Below are positions 17,452 to 26,981 of a stretch of DNA of 28,675 bases, in pieces (within the stretch, counting starts at the first letter, position 1; each line of letters begins with the position of its first letter). The stretch is from a virus (Duplodnaviria; Caudoviricetes): positions 1 to 28,675 of IMG/VR virus record IMGVR_UViG_3300017956_000087. The stretch is one strand, 5' to 3'. The notes under the pieces are model-generated. The model was given only the letters and a program-made list of their open reading frames with translations, ran no database searches and had not been told where the DNA came from. Both the position numbers and the translations under genes were made by a program.

Positions 17452-18087
17452 TAAGCCTTCATCAAGGTCAGATAAAATTTTCCAATTTAATCTACCTTCT
17501 TCAAACCACCGCATAACAGTTTCTTTTTCCTTGCTGTTATGCGGATTTTTATATACGCTGTTTATAGGCATATGCCAACTTGCAGGATAATCTGTTCCTG
17601 TCATTACAGGTATTCTTTTAGAGAAAAAGTCAAAACCAATCAAAGTAATACTTTTACATTTGCATTTATTCAAGAAAAATAATATACCAAGAAATCCTGC
17701 ACTTGGTCTATCTCCTTCAGGAACTCCATTCTTTGCCCCAACTTGTTCAAAAACTTTATATAGTTCTTCGTCTGTAAATAAATTCGTATACTCAAATGGT
17801 ATTTTCTTTTTTACTTCTTTATTTAAGTGAATACGACAACGATTAAATAATTTATATGCTTTCGGAAAGAATGTATGATTTTCCATGCGAAGCCATCCAG
17901 TTATCCAAATATCTGTTCTTTTACCAATTGCATCAAAGTTCCCCCAATCTGGTATACCTCTTCCAAATCGTACAACTGTATCAAAACTATCTATGTATTT
18001 TCCATACTCATGTCGTAGAATCTCAACTGAGTTTCCCACAAGTACAATATTTTTATTTTCTGTTAGCGTCTGTAAAGTTGCATCCAT
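17437..18087 (-). CDS. GT29 sialyltransferase-like protein
   Basis: Sialylmotif L (IVLVGNSVEIL...YGKYIDSFDTVVRFG...IGKRTDI), sialylmotif S (PSAGFLGILFFLNKCKCKSITLIGFDF) and a VS-like H...E motif (PHNSKEKE). Confidence 0.8.
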   Translation of the reverse strand: MDATLQTLTENKNIVLVGNSVEILRHEYGKYIDSFDTVVRFGRGIPDWGNFDAIGKRTDIWITGWLRMENHTFFPKAYKLFNRCRIHLNKEVKKKIPFEYTNLFTDEELYKVFEQVGAKNGVPEGDRPSAGFLGILFFLNKCKCKSITLIGFDFFSKRIPVMTGTDYPASWHMPINSVYKNPHNSKEKETVMRWFEEGRLNWKILSDLDEGLLDLS

Positions 18088-18692
18088 ATTGCTGTAAGCT
18101 CCGAGTCATCGTTTATATTTAGCCACGGTCCACCGTCTGTGTAGTGGAGGGCTTTTGGATTTTTAAATTTGTAGTAATTTACCATGGCGTTATATTGTGC
18201 AGGAAGTTCCCCTATGCTTTCTGCCCATCTCAACTCATGCAATGCACCCGCTGGGGCTTGGTTTACATAATCAACTGTAAGTTTTTTACATTTAGAATTA
18301 TTAAAAAGCATAAGACTTGACCAGTATTTTCTAGGATAACCATGGTTTTTCTTGTTTTTCATTTTCTTAGGTTTGACGAGAAAACTAGGATGTTTTACCA
18401 CATGAACTGTATGTTCATCGGAAAAATAATCCATAACTTCTTCAGGGTCACAAAGCCATAAGAAATCTCCATCACAAAAGAGAGCAGTCCCTTCGAAGTC
18501 ACAGAGATGTGGTATTAAAAAACGAGTAAAGGCAAATTCCGTACTCTCCCCCTGATATGGCCGAGTGTAATCGGATATTTCCGATTTTTTGAGTGGTATG
18601 ATTTCATGATTGGAATTGTAACGGACTATGCTTTTTCTACATACCTCAAACATTTCAGGATAGTCAGTTTCATAACCTATAAATATTTTCAT
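18063..18692 (-). CDS. GT-A glycosyltransferase (GT8-related, CDI-like family)
   Basis: KIFIGY...STEFAFTRFLIPHL...ALFCDGDFL (DxD)...YPRKYWSSLMLFN...IGELPAQYN...LHYTDGGPW. Confidence 0.8.
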   Translation of the reverse strand: MKIFIGYETDYPEMFEVCRKSIVRYNSNHEIIPLKKSEISDYTRPYQGESTEFAFTRFLIPHLCDFEGTALFCDGDFLWLCDPEEVMDYFSDEHTVHVVKHPSFLVKPKKMKNKKNHGYPRKYWSSLMLFNNSKCKKLTVDYVNQAPAGALHELRWAESIGELPAQYNAMVNYYKFKNPKALHYTDGGPWLNINDDSELTAIWMQLYRR

Positions 18693-19402
18693 CGAATTTT
18701 ATTATTGTATTCAGTAATATGATTTAAAATTGACATTCCTCCAGTCATTTTTATAAATGCTTTTACATCTTTTGGAAAACAATGTCCGCCCCATCCTCTT
18801 TCTTCTGTAACTTCTGTATGACTCTCACCTATGCGAGAATCTAATCCAGTTAGTTCTGCTACTTTTTCGTAATCTATATTAGACTTCTTACAGTAATCGT
18901 ATATCTGATTAAAGAAAGAAACTTTGGTAGCAAGAAAACTATTCCTAGCGTATTTAGCAACTATTAATTCTTCTACTGTTGCTTCAACTACTTTTTTATT
19001 AAACATACTACCCCAGAATTTTACAAGACCTCCACCTATAAGTAACTCTTTTGCAACAAGTAAGTCTTGACTTGCTGTTTCTGCTCTAAGAAATTCAGGG
19101 CTATAACTTATAATTAAATCAGGAAAGTTAGCTTGTATAACTTCCCATGTACGCATATCTATTGTGCTTTTTATAAGAATAGGAACTTTAGGAGCTTCTT
19201 TTAGTACATTATAGATATTACTATAATCGCAGCTACCATCAGGCATTGATGGAGTATCAACACATATTATCAAACCATCTGTTTTAGCATCTACTTTTAA
19301 ATCATTTATCTTTGGGTCTACTATTCGTAATGCACATTTCTTTGTAAAGAAATCTTTATGTGCATTACCTACTACACCCGCCCCAGCTATTGTTAATTTC
19401 AT
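18689..19402 (-). CDS. ugd: UDP-glucose/GDP-mannose 6-dehydrogenase family protein, short form
   Basis: Rossmann GAGVVG, ICVDTP, ILIKST, SPEFLR, catalytic K...N (AKYARNSFLATKVSFFN), DSRIG and catalytic Cys in GWGGHCFPKD; only 237 aa. Confidence 0.85.
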   Translation of the reverse strand: MKLTIAGAGVVGNAHKDFFTKKCALRIVDPKINDLKVDAKTDGLIICVDTPSMPDGSCDYSNIYNVLKEAPKVPILIKSTIDMRTWEVIQANFPDLIISYSPEFLRAETASQDLLVAKELLIGGGLVKFWGSMFNKKVVEATVEELIVAKYARNSFLATKVSFFNQIYDYCKKSNIDYEKVAELTGLDSRIGESHTEVTEERGWGGHCFPKDVKAFIKMTGGMSILNHITEYNNKIR

Positions 19403-20763
19403 TCTATAATCCTAGGTGACGCTTCCATACCAGAAGCATTAAAATAAGGAAGATTTTTTAATGGTGGGTTTAACACTATGCTATGATTTTCTAGTGTTTG
19501 TCCAAATGCTTTGCATAAATCTTCCGCAAGTATTTCAAAATTTTTATTTCGTAACATTTGATAGTGGTCTATTTCCCAGGTGTATTCCCCTTGAATAAAC
19601 TCTAACATTTTTAATATATTATTTATTTCGTCAGTTCTTTTACCAGTATAGTTTGTAATTTTCCAACTATTATTTTCTAACTCAAACTCTGGCTCATCTT
19701 GGCCTGTTCTACTAACTCCATAATCATGAGGTGCTCCTTCTTCATACAAATCAATATCAGGTAAGTTTACTCTATGTAGTCTGCCTTGTTTTTGTAAATC
19801 AAGAGCAACTGAATTAAATGCACCCATCCATAAATAACTTCCATAAGTCTGGCTTATAGAAGCAGTATGTCCTACAGATGCTTGATTGTATACATAAGTA
19901 GCAGGCATTTCTCTATGCCTTGCCATATTTATATTACCTCTTACATGGGCATCTTTTAGGAGTAAGTACATATATAAATCTTCTCCCAATCCCATATGTT
20001 CAAAAGTTCTAAATCTACAAATCTTTTTAGAATACCAAGTTACTCTTGCAAAAGATTCAAAATGAATATCATCATAGAACTCATTCGCTGCTAGACAAAT
20101 ATTGTGGTGTTCTAAATCCCACTTTATATATTGCTCTAACATTTTTTCTTCACTACCATATTTGGCAATTTCTTTGTTTAGACCTTTTAATGTTTCTCCA
20201 CCTTTGCGTTTGCTTAAGTAGATTCTTTCTTTCATAAGACGCATTAAGCTAGGTCTATATACTTCATAATTACGATATGCTTTGAAAAAATTATAATGGT
20301 ATCTTTGACCCCATATATAATTAGAACACATCCAAGAATTATAAATACATAATGCGTCTGGCGGATTGTCTTGTTCTGCTAGTTTTTTATAAAACCAAAC
20401 TCCATAAGGAGTCAAGTAATCATCACCGTCTATAGGAACACAGTAATCATCATTTGATGCTTCAAAAACATCTACTACTGCATTTTTACCTCGACCTGGT
20501 TTTCCATTTGATTTAGTAATATGGTATTCTAAACCTCTTTCTTCACACCACTTAGAACAATCAATTTCATACTGTCTACTTAATGTGTTTATTACTATGA
20601 CTGCGTCTTTGTAATCTAAGTTACTCCAACGGGGTGAAAAATGTCTGCCAAGGTCTTCAAGAGAATTTTCCTCAAAAGTCTCAAAATCAGTCTTTTGGTA
20701 AATTCCCTTGTAGTCCTCTTTAGCGGTAGTTAATATATAGAATCTAAGTTTCTTGTTCGCCAT
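19399..20763 (-). CDS. GT-A (GT2-like) glycosyltransferase with extensions
   Basis: SNGKPGRGKNAVVDVF...DYCVPIDGDDYLTPYG (G...arN followed by DxDD) and a downstream GEDL motif; lies in the glycosylation cluster. Confidence 0.6.
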   Translation of the reverse strand: MANKKLRFYILTTAKEDYKGIYQKTDFETFEENSLEDLGRHFSPRWSNLDYKDAVIVINTLSRQYEIDCSKWCEERGLEYHITKSNGKPGRGKNAVVDVFEASNDDYCVPIDGDDYLTPYGVWFYKKLAEQDNPPDALCIYNSWMCSNYIWGQRYHYNFFKAYRNYEVYRPSLMRLMKERIYLSKRKGGETLKGLNKEIAKYGSEEKMLEQYIKWDLEHHNICLAANEFYDDIHFESFARVTWYSKKICRFRTFEHMGLGEDLYMYLLLKDAHVRGNINMARHREMPATYVYNQASVGHTASISQTYGSYLWMGAFNSVALDLQKQGRLHRVNLPDIDLYEEGAPHDYGVSRTGQDEPEFELENNSWKITNYTGKRTDEINNILKMLEFIQGEYTWEIDHYQMLRNKNFEILAEDLCKAFGQTLENHSIVLNPPLKNLPYFNASGMEASPRIIE

Positions 20764-20947
20764 TTAACTGAGCACCTAAATCATTTACATATGCTTGTTT
20801 AGCAGTGTGGCATATAGCAATAATATGCTTACATCTGTCTGCTTCTTCATCACACTTGTAAATAGCTTGAACTATTTGTTTTTGCTCTTGTGTTAAATCG
20901 TCCAAATGATATTCTTTGCCATCTATAGTTATGCTTTTGTTTTCCAT
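20744..20947 (-). CDS. Small helical protein, DUF6447-like
   Basis: ITIDGKEYHLDDLTQEQK...IAICHTAKQAYVNDL pattern recalled from DUF6447; coupled to nrdB and the GT gene. Confidence 0.6.
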   Translation of the reverse strand: MENKSITIDGKEYHLDDLTQEQKQIVQAIYKCDEEADRCKHIIAICHTAKQAYVNDLGAQLNGEQET

Positions 20948-21909
20948 TACTTAAATATATCCTGCCAGTTTCCTTGTGTACTACTTTTAGCATACTCTGT
21001 AGCACGGTTTTCAAAAAAGTTGGTATGCTCAACTGCGTTTACCTGCATATCAATCCATGGAAGTGGATTAACTGTACTATGAAATATTGCTTTCATACCA
21101 AGACCAAGTAATCGTCTATCGGCGATGTATCTTATGTATTCTTTCACTTCCTTCGCTGTTAAATCTTGAATATTTGCTTTATCAAAACAAACATCAATAA
21201 ATTTATCTTCTAATTCAACAACGCGTTCTGCTGCACAGTATATTTCATATTTTAATTTATCTGTCCATATATCAGGATTTTCTGCGATAAAAGTTCTAAA
21301 GAGTTTTGAAAGTCCTTCAACATGAAGTGACTCATCTCTTATAGACCATGTTACTATCTGACCCATACCTTTCATAAGATTGTGTCTTGGATAGTTTAGA
21401 AGTATAGCAAAACTACTAAATAATTGTACTCCTTCTGTAAACCCACTATAAACTGCCATGGTCTTTGCAATTTCATGTGGATTGCTCATATTAAAGTCAG
21501 TTAAGTACTCATGCTTTTCTGTCATAGCTTGTATTTCAAAAAACTCTGTATACTGGTCGTCTGACTTTCCTAATGTTTCCAACAATAAAGAATATGCTTC
21601 TTGGTGTACTGCTTCCATAGCAGCATAACTTACTAGCATCATTCTTATTTCTGGTTGTTTAAATGTTGGTAGATAATGCTTTGCATATCCACAACACACA
21701 TCAACATCTGCTTGTGTAAAGAACTTAAATATATTATCTATAAGTGTTCTTTCGTCATCTGTTAATTTTTGATTATAGTCTTTGATATCATCTTGGAGTG
21801 GCACTTCATCAGGTAACCAATGCATTTGTTGTTGTTTTTTGTAAAACTCAAATGCCCAAGGATAATCAAAAGGTTTATAATAATCCCTTTCTGTTAATAA
21901 TTTACTCAT
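20947..21909 (-). CDS. nrdB: Ribonucleotide reductase class Ia beta subunit
   Basis: YKPFDYPWAF, HWLPDEV, FFTQADVDV, EAVHQEAY (metal ligands and radical Tyr), TEGVQLFSSF, RDESLH and NFFENRATEY. Confidence 0.97.
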   Translation of the reverse strand: MSKLLTERDYYKPFDYPWAFEFYKKQQQMHWLPDEVPLQDDIKDYNQKLTDDERTLIDNIFKFFTQADVDVCCGYAKHYLPTFKQPEIRMMLVSYAAMEAVHQEAYSLLLETLGKSDDQYTEFFEIQAMTEKHEYLTDFNMSNPHEIAKTMAVYSGFTEGVQLFSSFAILLNYPRHNLMKGMGQIVTWSIRDESLHVEGLSKLFRTFIAENPDIWTDKLKYEIYCAAERVVELEDKFIDVCFDKANIQDLTAKEVKEYIRYIADRRLLGLGMKAIFHSTVNPLPWIDMQVNAVEHTNFFENRATEYAKSSTQGNWQDIFK

Positions 21910-23682
21910 TTATCCCTCGCAACTTAGACAATCTGATTGCTCAAAAATTATCTCTCTTTTAGCCTGAGAAGTAATATTATCAGCTCTACTGATAGCTTCA
22001 CTTCTTAAATAATATAATGTTTTTAAATTCTTTGCCCACGCTAACATATGGACATTATGCAAGTCGGCTTTGTTCACATCAGGTGGAAAGAATAAGTTTA
22101 CACTCTGTGCCTGACAAATATATTCTTGTCTTACAGAGGCATGCTCAACAACCCATGACTGATTGATTTCAACTGCTGTTTTAAAAACATCTTTCTCCCA
22201 ATCATCAAGTATATCTAAATGTTGAACACTTCCTTTATTTGCAACTATACTTCTCCATGTTTCTGTATACCCTTCATAATCTGTTCTATCTTTGATAATT
22301 TTATCCAAGAATTTATTTTTAACTAGATTACTTCCTGTTTTTGTTTTTTGAGTATAAGCATTTGCTCTAAATGGCTCTATGCTTGGTGAAGTATTACCAC
22401 AAATAATACTTGAACTAGCGTTAGGAGCAACAGCAAGTAAATGTGCATTTCTTACTGATGCGGTATCATCGTCAGGGCACGCGCCTCTTTCGATAGCTAG
22501 TTGTCTAGTTTCTTTGTCTGCTTCTCTCTTTATTTTCTCAAACATTTCTAGATTAACACTACCTGCCATAGCACTTTCAAACGGTATACCATTCTTCTGT
22601 AAATACGCATGAAAGCCCATGGCGCCAAGTCCAATGCTTCTCTCCCTCATAGCACTAAACTTAGCTTTTTCTAATTGTTCTGGAGCGTTATCAATAAAGT
22701 ACTGAAGTACATTGTCTAACATACGAATTAAATCTGGAATAAACGCTCCGTGGTTTTTCCACTCGTCAAAATATTCTAAATTAACTGAAGATAAACAACA
22801 TACTGCAGTTCTTTCTTCATTCGTTGCAAGAGTTATTTCACTGCAAAGATTACTATGATGAACTCTTAAACCTTTTCTTTGTTGAAAGTCAGGCAACTCA
22901 TTATTTACCGCGTCTTCAAACATAATATAAGGCTCTCCAGTTTCCATTCTATTCTGTAACAGTTTTACCCATAAAGCTCTTGCACTTACTGTTTTAACCA
23001 CTCTTTTAGTGTGGGGATCGATAAGATCCCAGCTATCATCGAAATTATCAATTTTTCCAGCGTTGTGTATTCGTTCCATAAAGGCATCAGAGACAACAAC
23101 ACCATGGTGCAAATTAAGACACTTGCGATTACTATCACCACCTGTAGGCTTCCGTACATCTAAGAACTCCTCTATCTCGGGGTGGTTTATGTGTAGGTAA
23201 CCAGCGTATGAACCCCGTCTTGTCACACCCTGACTAAATGCTAACATTTCAGCATCTACTACTTTAATAAAAGGTATTACTCCAGTAGATTCAGACCCTT
23301 TGGATGTTCTAGTTCCAATAGAACGAACATCAGACCAGTGTCCACCAATACCACCACCAAAACTACTTAAAAAAGCATTTTCAGTAAAGTGGTCTGTAAT
23401 ACCTTCTCTACTATCATCTACATAGTTTAGAAAACAACTAATTGGTAAGCCTCTTCTTGTACCACCATTAGATAGTACAGGAGTCGCAAACATAAACCAT
23501 AAGTTACTGACATAGTCATATAAACGCTGTGCGTGGTCTTCGTCATCTGCAAATGTTTCTGCAGCACGAGCAAACGCTTCCTGAGGAGATGTTTCTCCAG
23601 GAATCATATATCTATCTTTGAGAGTTGCTATTGCAAATTCATCAAGCAACTCATCTCTACTATAATCTATCTTTACTGACAT
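21910..23682 (-). CDS. nrdA: Ribonucleotide reductase class Ia alpha subunit (no ATP cone)
   Basis: ATPVLSN, LPISCFL, SQGVTRRGS, SNLCSEI (catalytic N-C-E), VCCLSSVNL, APNASSS, KTLYYLRS and C-terminal CLSCEG. Confidence 0.97.
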   Translation of the reverse strand: MSVKIDYSRDELLDEFAIATLKDRYMIPGETSPQEAFARAAETFADDEDHAQRLYDYVSNLWFMFATPVLSNGGTRRGLPISCFLNYVDDSREGITDHFTENAFLSSFGGGIGGHWSDVRSIGTRTSKGSESTGVIPFIKVVDAEMLAFSQGVTRRGSYAGYLHINHPEIEEFLDVRKPTGGDSNRKCLNLHHGVVVSDAFMERIHNAGKIDNFDDSWDLIDPHTKRVVKTVSARALWVKLLQNRMETGEPYIMFEDAVNNELPDFQQRKGLRVHHSNLCSEITLATNEERTAVCCLSSVNLEYFDEWKNHGAFIPDLIRMLDNVLQYFIDNAPEQLEKAKFSAMRERSIGLGAMGFHAYLQKNGIPFESAMAGSVNLEMFEKIKREADKETRQLAIERGACPDDDTASVRNAHLLAVAPNASSSIICGNTSPSIEPFRANAYTQKTKTGSNLVKNKFLDKIIKDRTDYEGYTETWRSIVANKGSVQHLDILDDWEKDVFKTAVEINQSWVVEHASVRQEYICQAQSVNLFFPPDVNKADLHNVHMLAWAKNLKTLYYLRSEAISRADNITSQAKREIIFEQSDCLSCEG

Positions 23683-24517
23683 AATTATCTACCAATCCTA
23701 TTATTTCTTCTGCATGACCGAGAACTGCTCCGTCAACATCATATGTTAAATCCATAAGTTTTACACCTGTTTCTAGTCCTTCTACACCGAACTCATTTAA
23801 GTTCTGAATGAATTTATACTTTCCATCAAGTGGCAAACTTGCCATAATATCAAATACATCACCGTATTGTTCAATTAACTGAGTAGCACGCTTTGGTCCA
23901 ACTCCGTCAACTCCTGGAACATTATCTCCTTTATCCCCTGTTAAGCACTTGTACGTTAGAAAGTACTCAGGCTCAAAGTCATAATGCTCATCCCAGTTAT
24001 GCACTGTTGTTTCTTTTCTTGTAACAGTCGAAAAACGACTGATTTTATCATCGACTAGTAAATCCCAGTCTTTATCTGATGATATCAACCAAATTTCATC
24101 AACTCCTAATTCTTCTCGTTGTTGTGTAATTAGTGCTGCTATATCATCAGCTTCTGTTCCAGCATATTTTAAAGTCAAATATCCTTTCTTATTTAGAGTA
24201 TTCATAGTTGTTTGAAACTCTGCAAGAAATTCTAAAAATTCTGCTTCTTCTTCTGCTGTTTGTTCTGCATATCGTTCTTTACGATTTGCTTTATACTCTG
24301 GATATATTTCTTTTCGATAGTTACTACCACCATCTCCAAGTACAATAATATGTCCACAGTTATAGGACTTTGCAAGACTTTCTACTGTCCGAACATAATC
24401 ATGTTCAAAGTCGTTGTTGCCTTGATGTTTCCATCGGAAAGCTAGATTGAGTCCATCAACAATCAATAAGTTCCCATTCGGGATTGGCTTTCCATGGCTC
24501 GTAAACTGTATCGCCAT
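23660..24517 (-). CDS. 5'-3' exonuclease / flap endonuclease (T5 D15-like)
   Basis: LLIVDGLNLAFRW, YPEYKANRK, EADD, LISSDKDWDLL and helix-hairpin-helix LTGDKGDNVPGVDGVGPKRA. Confidence 0.93.
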   Translation of the reverse strand: MAIQFTSHGKPIPNGNLLIVDGLNLAFRWKHQGNNDFEHDYVRTVESLAKSYNCGHIIVLGDGGSNYRKEIYPEYKANRKERYAEQTAEEEAEFLEFLAEFQTTMNTLNKKGYLTLKYAGTEADDIAALITQQREELGVDEIWLISSDKDWDLLVDDKISRFSTVTRKETTVHNWDEHYDFEPEYFLTYKCLTGDKGDNVPGVDGVGPKRATQLIEQYGDVFDIMASLPLDGKYKFIQNLNEFGVEGLETGVKLMDLTYDVDGAVLGHAEEIIGLVDNYVSKDRL

Positions 24518-24944
24518 TTGTAAATTTTACCTCTTGTGTTTCTAAAAATTGTTCAGCTAAGGTAACATAACACCCTAACCAGTTTATATACATATGTTTT
24601 TTGTAAAGTGGCTTTCTTGTCGTTGCCACATACCATTGAGAGTGGTTTTCTTTAAAGAATAGTATGGGCTCTTGTTGCATTTCTTGAGCCTGTTTTACTA
24701 GCTTTGACCACCAACCTACAAATTTATTACTCTTTTGAGTAAATATTTTGTGATTGAAGGACATATCTCTATAGAATTTTACTTCAATAGTAAATAAATT
24801 ATGTTTGTGGGCTACCATCAAATCGCCTTTGATTTTACCACTACCAGAACCAGGCGTCTGTACGAACGCCTCGCCTGTATGTCTATGTAACATTCCTGCT
24901 ACTTTGATTTCTGCGTCGTTTCCTTTTCGTCTACCATTAACCAT
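24456..24944 (-). CDS. Holliday junction resolvase-like PD-(D/E)XK nuclease (T5 D14-like)
   Basis: GRRKGNDAE...TPGSGSGKIKGDL...IEVKFY; syntenic between D13 and D15. Confidence 0.85.
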   Translation of the reverse strand: MVNGRRKGNDAEIKVAGMLHRHTGEAFVQTPGSGSGKIKGDLMVAHKHNLFTIEVKFYRDMSFNHKIFTQKSNKFVGWWSKLVKQAQEMQQEPILFFKENHSQWYVATTRKPLYKKHMYINWLGCYVTLAEQFLETQEVKFTNGDTVYEPWKANPEWELIDC

Positions 24945-25167
24945 TTAGCACCTTCTCGAGTTCTAAGTAACCACCTATAAGCTCGCCATCTACAAATATT
25001 TGTGGGAAGGTTCTTGCTTGTGGAAATAACTCTCTTACATCTGCTGGTTGAAACTCTTTGCCCATTGTATTGTAAACAACTTCATGAACTGAATTATGAT
25101 TCTCTGCCATCATTTTTGCTTTTGAACACGCAGGACAATTTGGTATACTATATATTTCTACTTTCAT
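24937..25167 (-). CDS. Glutaredoxin
   Basis: CPAC active site, ARTFPQIFVDGELIGGY; 76 aa. Confidence 0.92.
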   Translation of the reverse strand: MKVEIYSIPNCPACSKAKMMAENHNSVHEVVYNTMGKEFQPADVRELFPQARTFPQIFVDGELIGGYLELEKVLNG

Positions 25168-26981
25168 TAGTCTAACCTCGATATATTATTTTCTTTTATA
25201 ATTTCAATTTTTTCTAAGAGTGGGTGAGTCCAGCCATGAGAAACCAAATAAGTATTTAGATTTTCTTCTTTTAGCAGGACTTCCACTACTTTTTCTTTTC
25301 CTTGTTCATCTAGTGCTTGATTTACTTCATCAAGAAAGAGAACATTAATTTGACTTCTACTTATCGAAGTCATCAGTTTTCTAATGGCGACTAACGTTGC
25401 AATATTTACTCTTGCTAGTTCACCTGAAGAAAGTGCAAGTATATCAATAATATTTCCATTATCAGATACTTCCACATTTAGTTTATCGTTTGTTACAACG
25501 AAATTTATACTGAATCTACCATCACTAAACTCTGCTAAATACTCATTCGTAAGTATTTCTAGTTCTTTAACAAGGGACTCTATTTTGTATGCGAGGAGTC
25601 CGTTTGTTGAGAAAGCTTTTTTAAGTGTTTCAAGTATCGCCAGTTTGTTTTCTGAACTTTCCAGTGCATTCTCGAGTTGAGTAAGTTGCTCTTGAAATTG
25701 TCCAGTTTGCTCAAGAATAATCCCAATTCTTGTATTGTGTCTTTCTCTTTGTTCATTTTCTTCTACTACTTTTTGGATTTTATTCCTAGTTTCCAAAATC
25801 CTTGAACGAAGGTCAGCAATTTCTCTTTCAAGTTTTTCTTTGTTGATAGCTTTTGAGGGGAGGCTGTTGTCAATAGACCTGTAGAGGTTTTCCCAATCTT
25901 CGATATCTTGTTTTGCTTTCCTATGATTTTCATTATTTTCTATTACCTTTGCATATTTTTCTTGTTCTTTTCCAATTATGCTTTCGACATTTTTAACTCT
26001 GCTTTCGTGTTCTGTAAGCGACTGCCTAACAAATGTTTGGTCAATAGACTGCTCACATGTAGGACACTCAGCGTCTTTCATTTCTGCCAACTCTTTATAT
26101 TTGTCTAGCATTTTTTGCTCATGCATAAGCTCACTCTTCCAACCTCCTAAAGCAGTGAGTTGTTGGCTGGCATCTATTTTTTCTGGGTTAGCTTGCAGTA
26201 AACGTTTTGCAGAATCAATGTCAATATTTTTTAACTGTTGTTTCAGATTTTCATTCTGATTTATTTTTTTATTCTTTTCGGAGATATTTTCAAATTCTAT
26301 TTGTAGAGAACGCAAAGATTCCTCGTCTTCTTCCGACTCAAATGGTAAATCCATTTTTGAAAGTATGGAAGTATCTTCGAGAATATTGTCTTCTAACCAT
26401 TTCTCAATTGTTGCAATTTTGGCGTTGCTTGCTGTAATATCACTAGACGCTAGGCGTACTTCTTCTTTGAATATTTCAAAGTAAGAAACATACTCGTCAA
26501 GTTTCAACAAGTCAATTAAGAACTTTTTACGGTTTGTATCTGTTGCAGTTAAGAACTGTAGCGATGCATTAGTATTTTGATAGACTAACTGTGAAAAAGT
26601 TTTGAAATCAATTCCAAGAACTTCTCCTAATGTTTTGTAAGTATTAGACGCTGTGTGCGAACTAATATCTTCTCCATTTTTTGTTAGCTTACATTTGAGT
26701 GTTGCACGCCGTATAACAGTAATGTTATATACATCACTGTCAACAGTAAACTCGAGACTAATATCATATCCTTTGTTAACATATCTATTTGCTATATCCG
26801 CCTTTTTAACATTTTTACTATTTTTATTAAATAGTATTTCTTCTAAAATTAATGGAATAGATGACTTACCTACTCCATTTGTACCCACTAATTGTGTAAG
26901 GGTGTCTTTTGATAAATCTATTTCATTACCTTCCCCGTATGAAAAGCAATTATCCCATTTCAACTTCTGAAGAATAATCAT
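25167..26981 (-). CDS. sbcC: SbcC/Rad50-like recombination ATPase (T5 D13-like)
   Basis: Walker A GTNGVGKSS, Q-loop, coiled coils with CPTC zinc hook, signature LSSGE, Walker B LFLDE and H-loop VSH. Confidence 0.95.
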   Translation of the reverse strand: MIILQKLKWDNCFSYGEGNEIDLSKDTLTQLVGTNGVGKSSIPLILEEILFNKNSKNVKKADIANRYVNKGYDISLEFTVDSDVYNITVIRRATLKCKLTKNGEDISSHTASNTYKTLGEVLGIDFKTFSQLVYQNTNASLQFLTATDTNRKKFLIDLLKLDEYVSYFEIFKEEVRLASSDITASNAKIATIEKWLEDNILEDTSILSKMDLPFESEEDEESLRSLQIEFENISEKNKKINQNENLKQQLKNIDIDSAKRLLQANPEKIDASQQLTALGGWKSELMHEQKMLDKYKELAEMKDAECPTCEQSIDQTFVRQSLTEHESRVKNVESIIGKEQEKYAKVIENNENHRKAKQDIEDWENLYRSIDNSLPSKAINKEKLEREIADLRSRILETRNKIQKVVEENEQRERHNTRIGIILEQTGQFQEQLTQLENALESSENKLAILETLKKAFSTNGLLAYKIESLVKELEILTNEYLAEFSDGRFSINFVVTNDKLNVEVSDNGNIIDILALSSGELARVNIATLVAIRKLMTSISRSQINVLFLDEVNQALDEQGKEKVVEVLLKEENLNTYLVSHGWTHPLLEKIEIIKENNISRLD

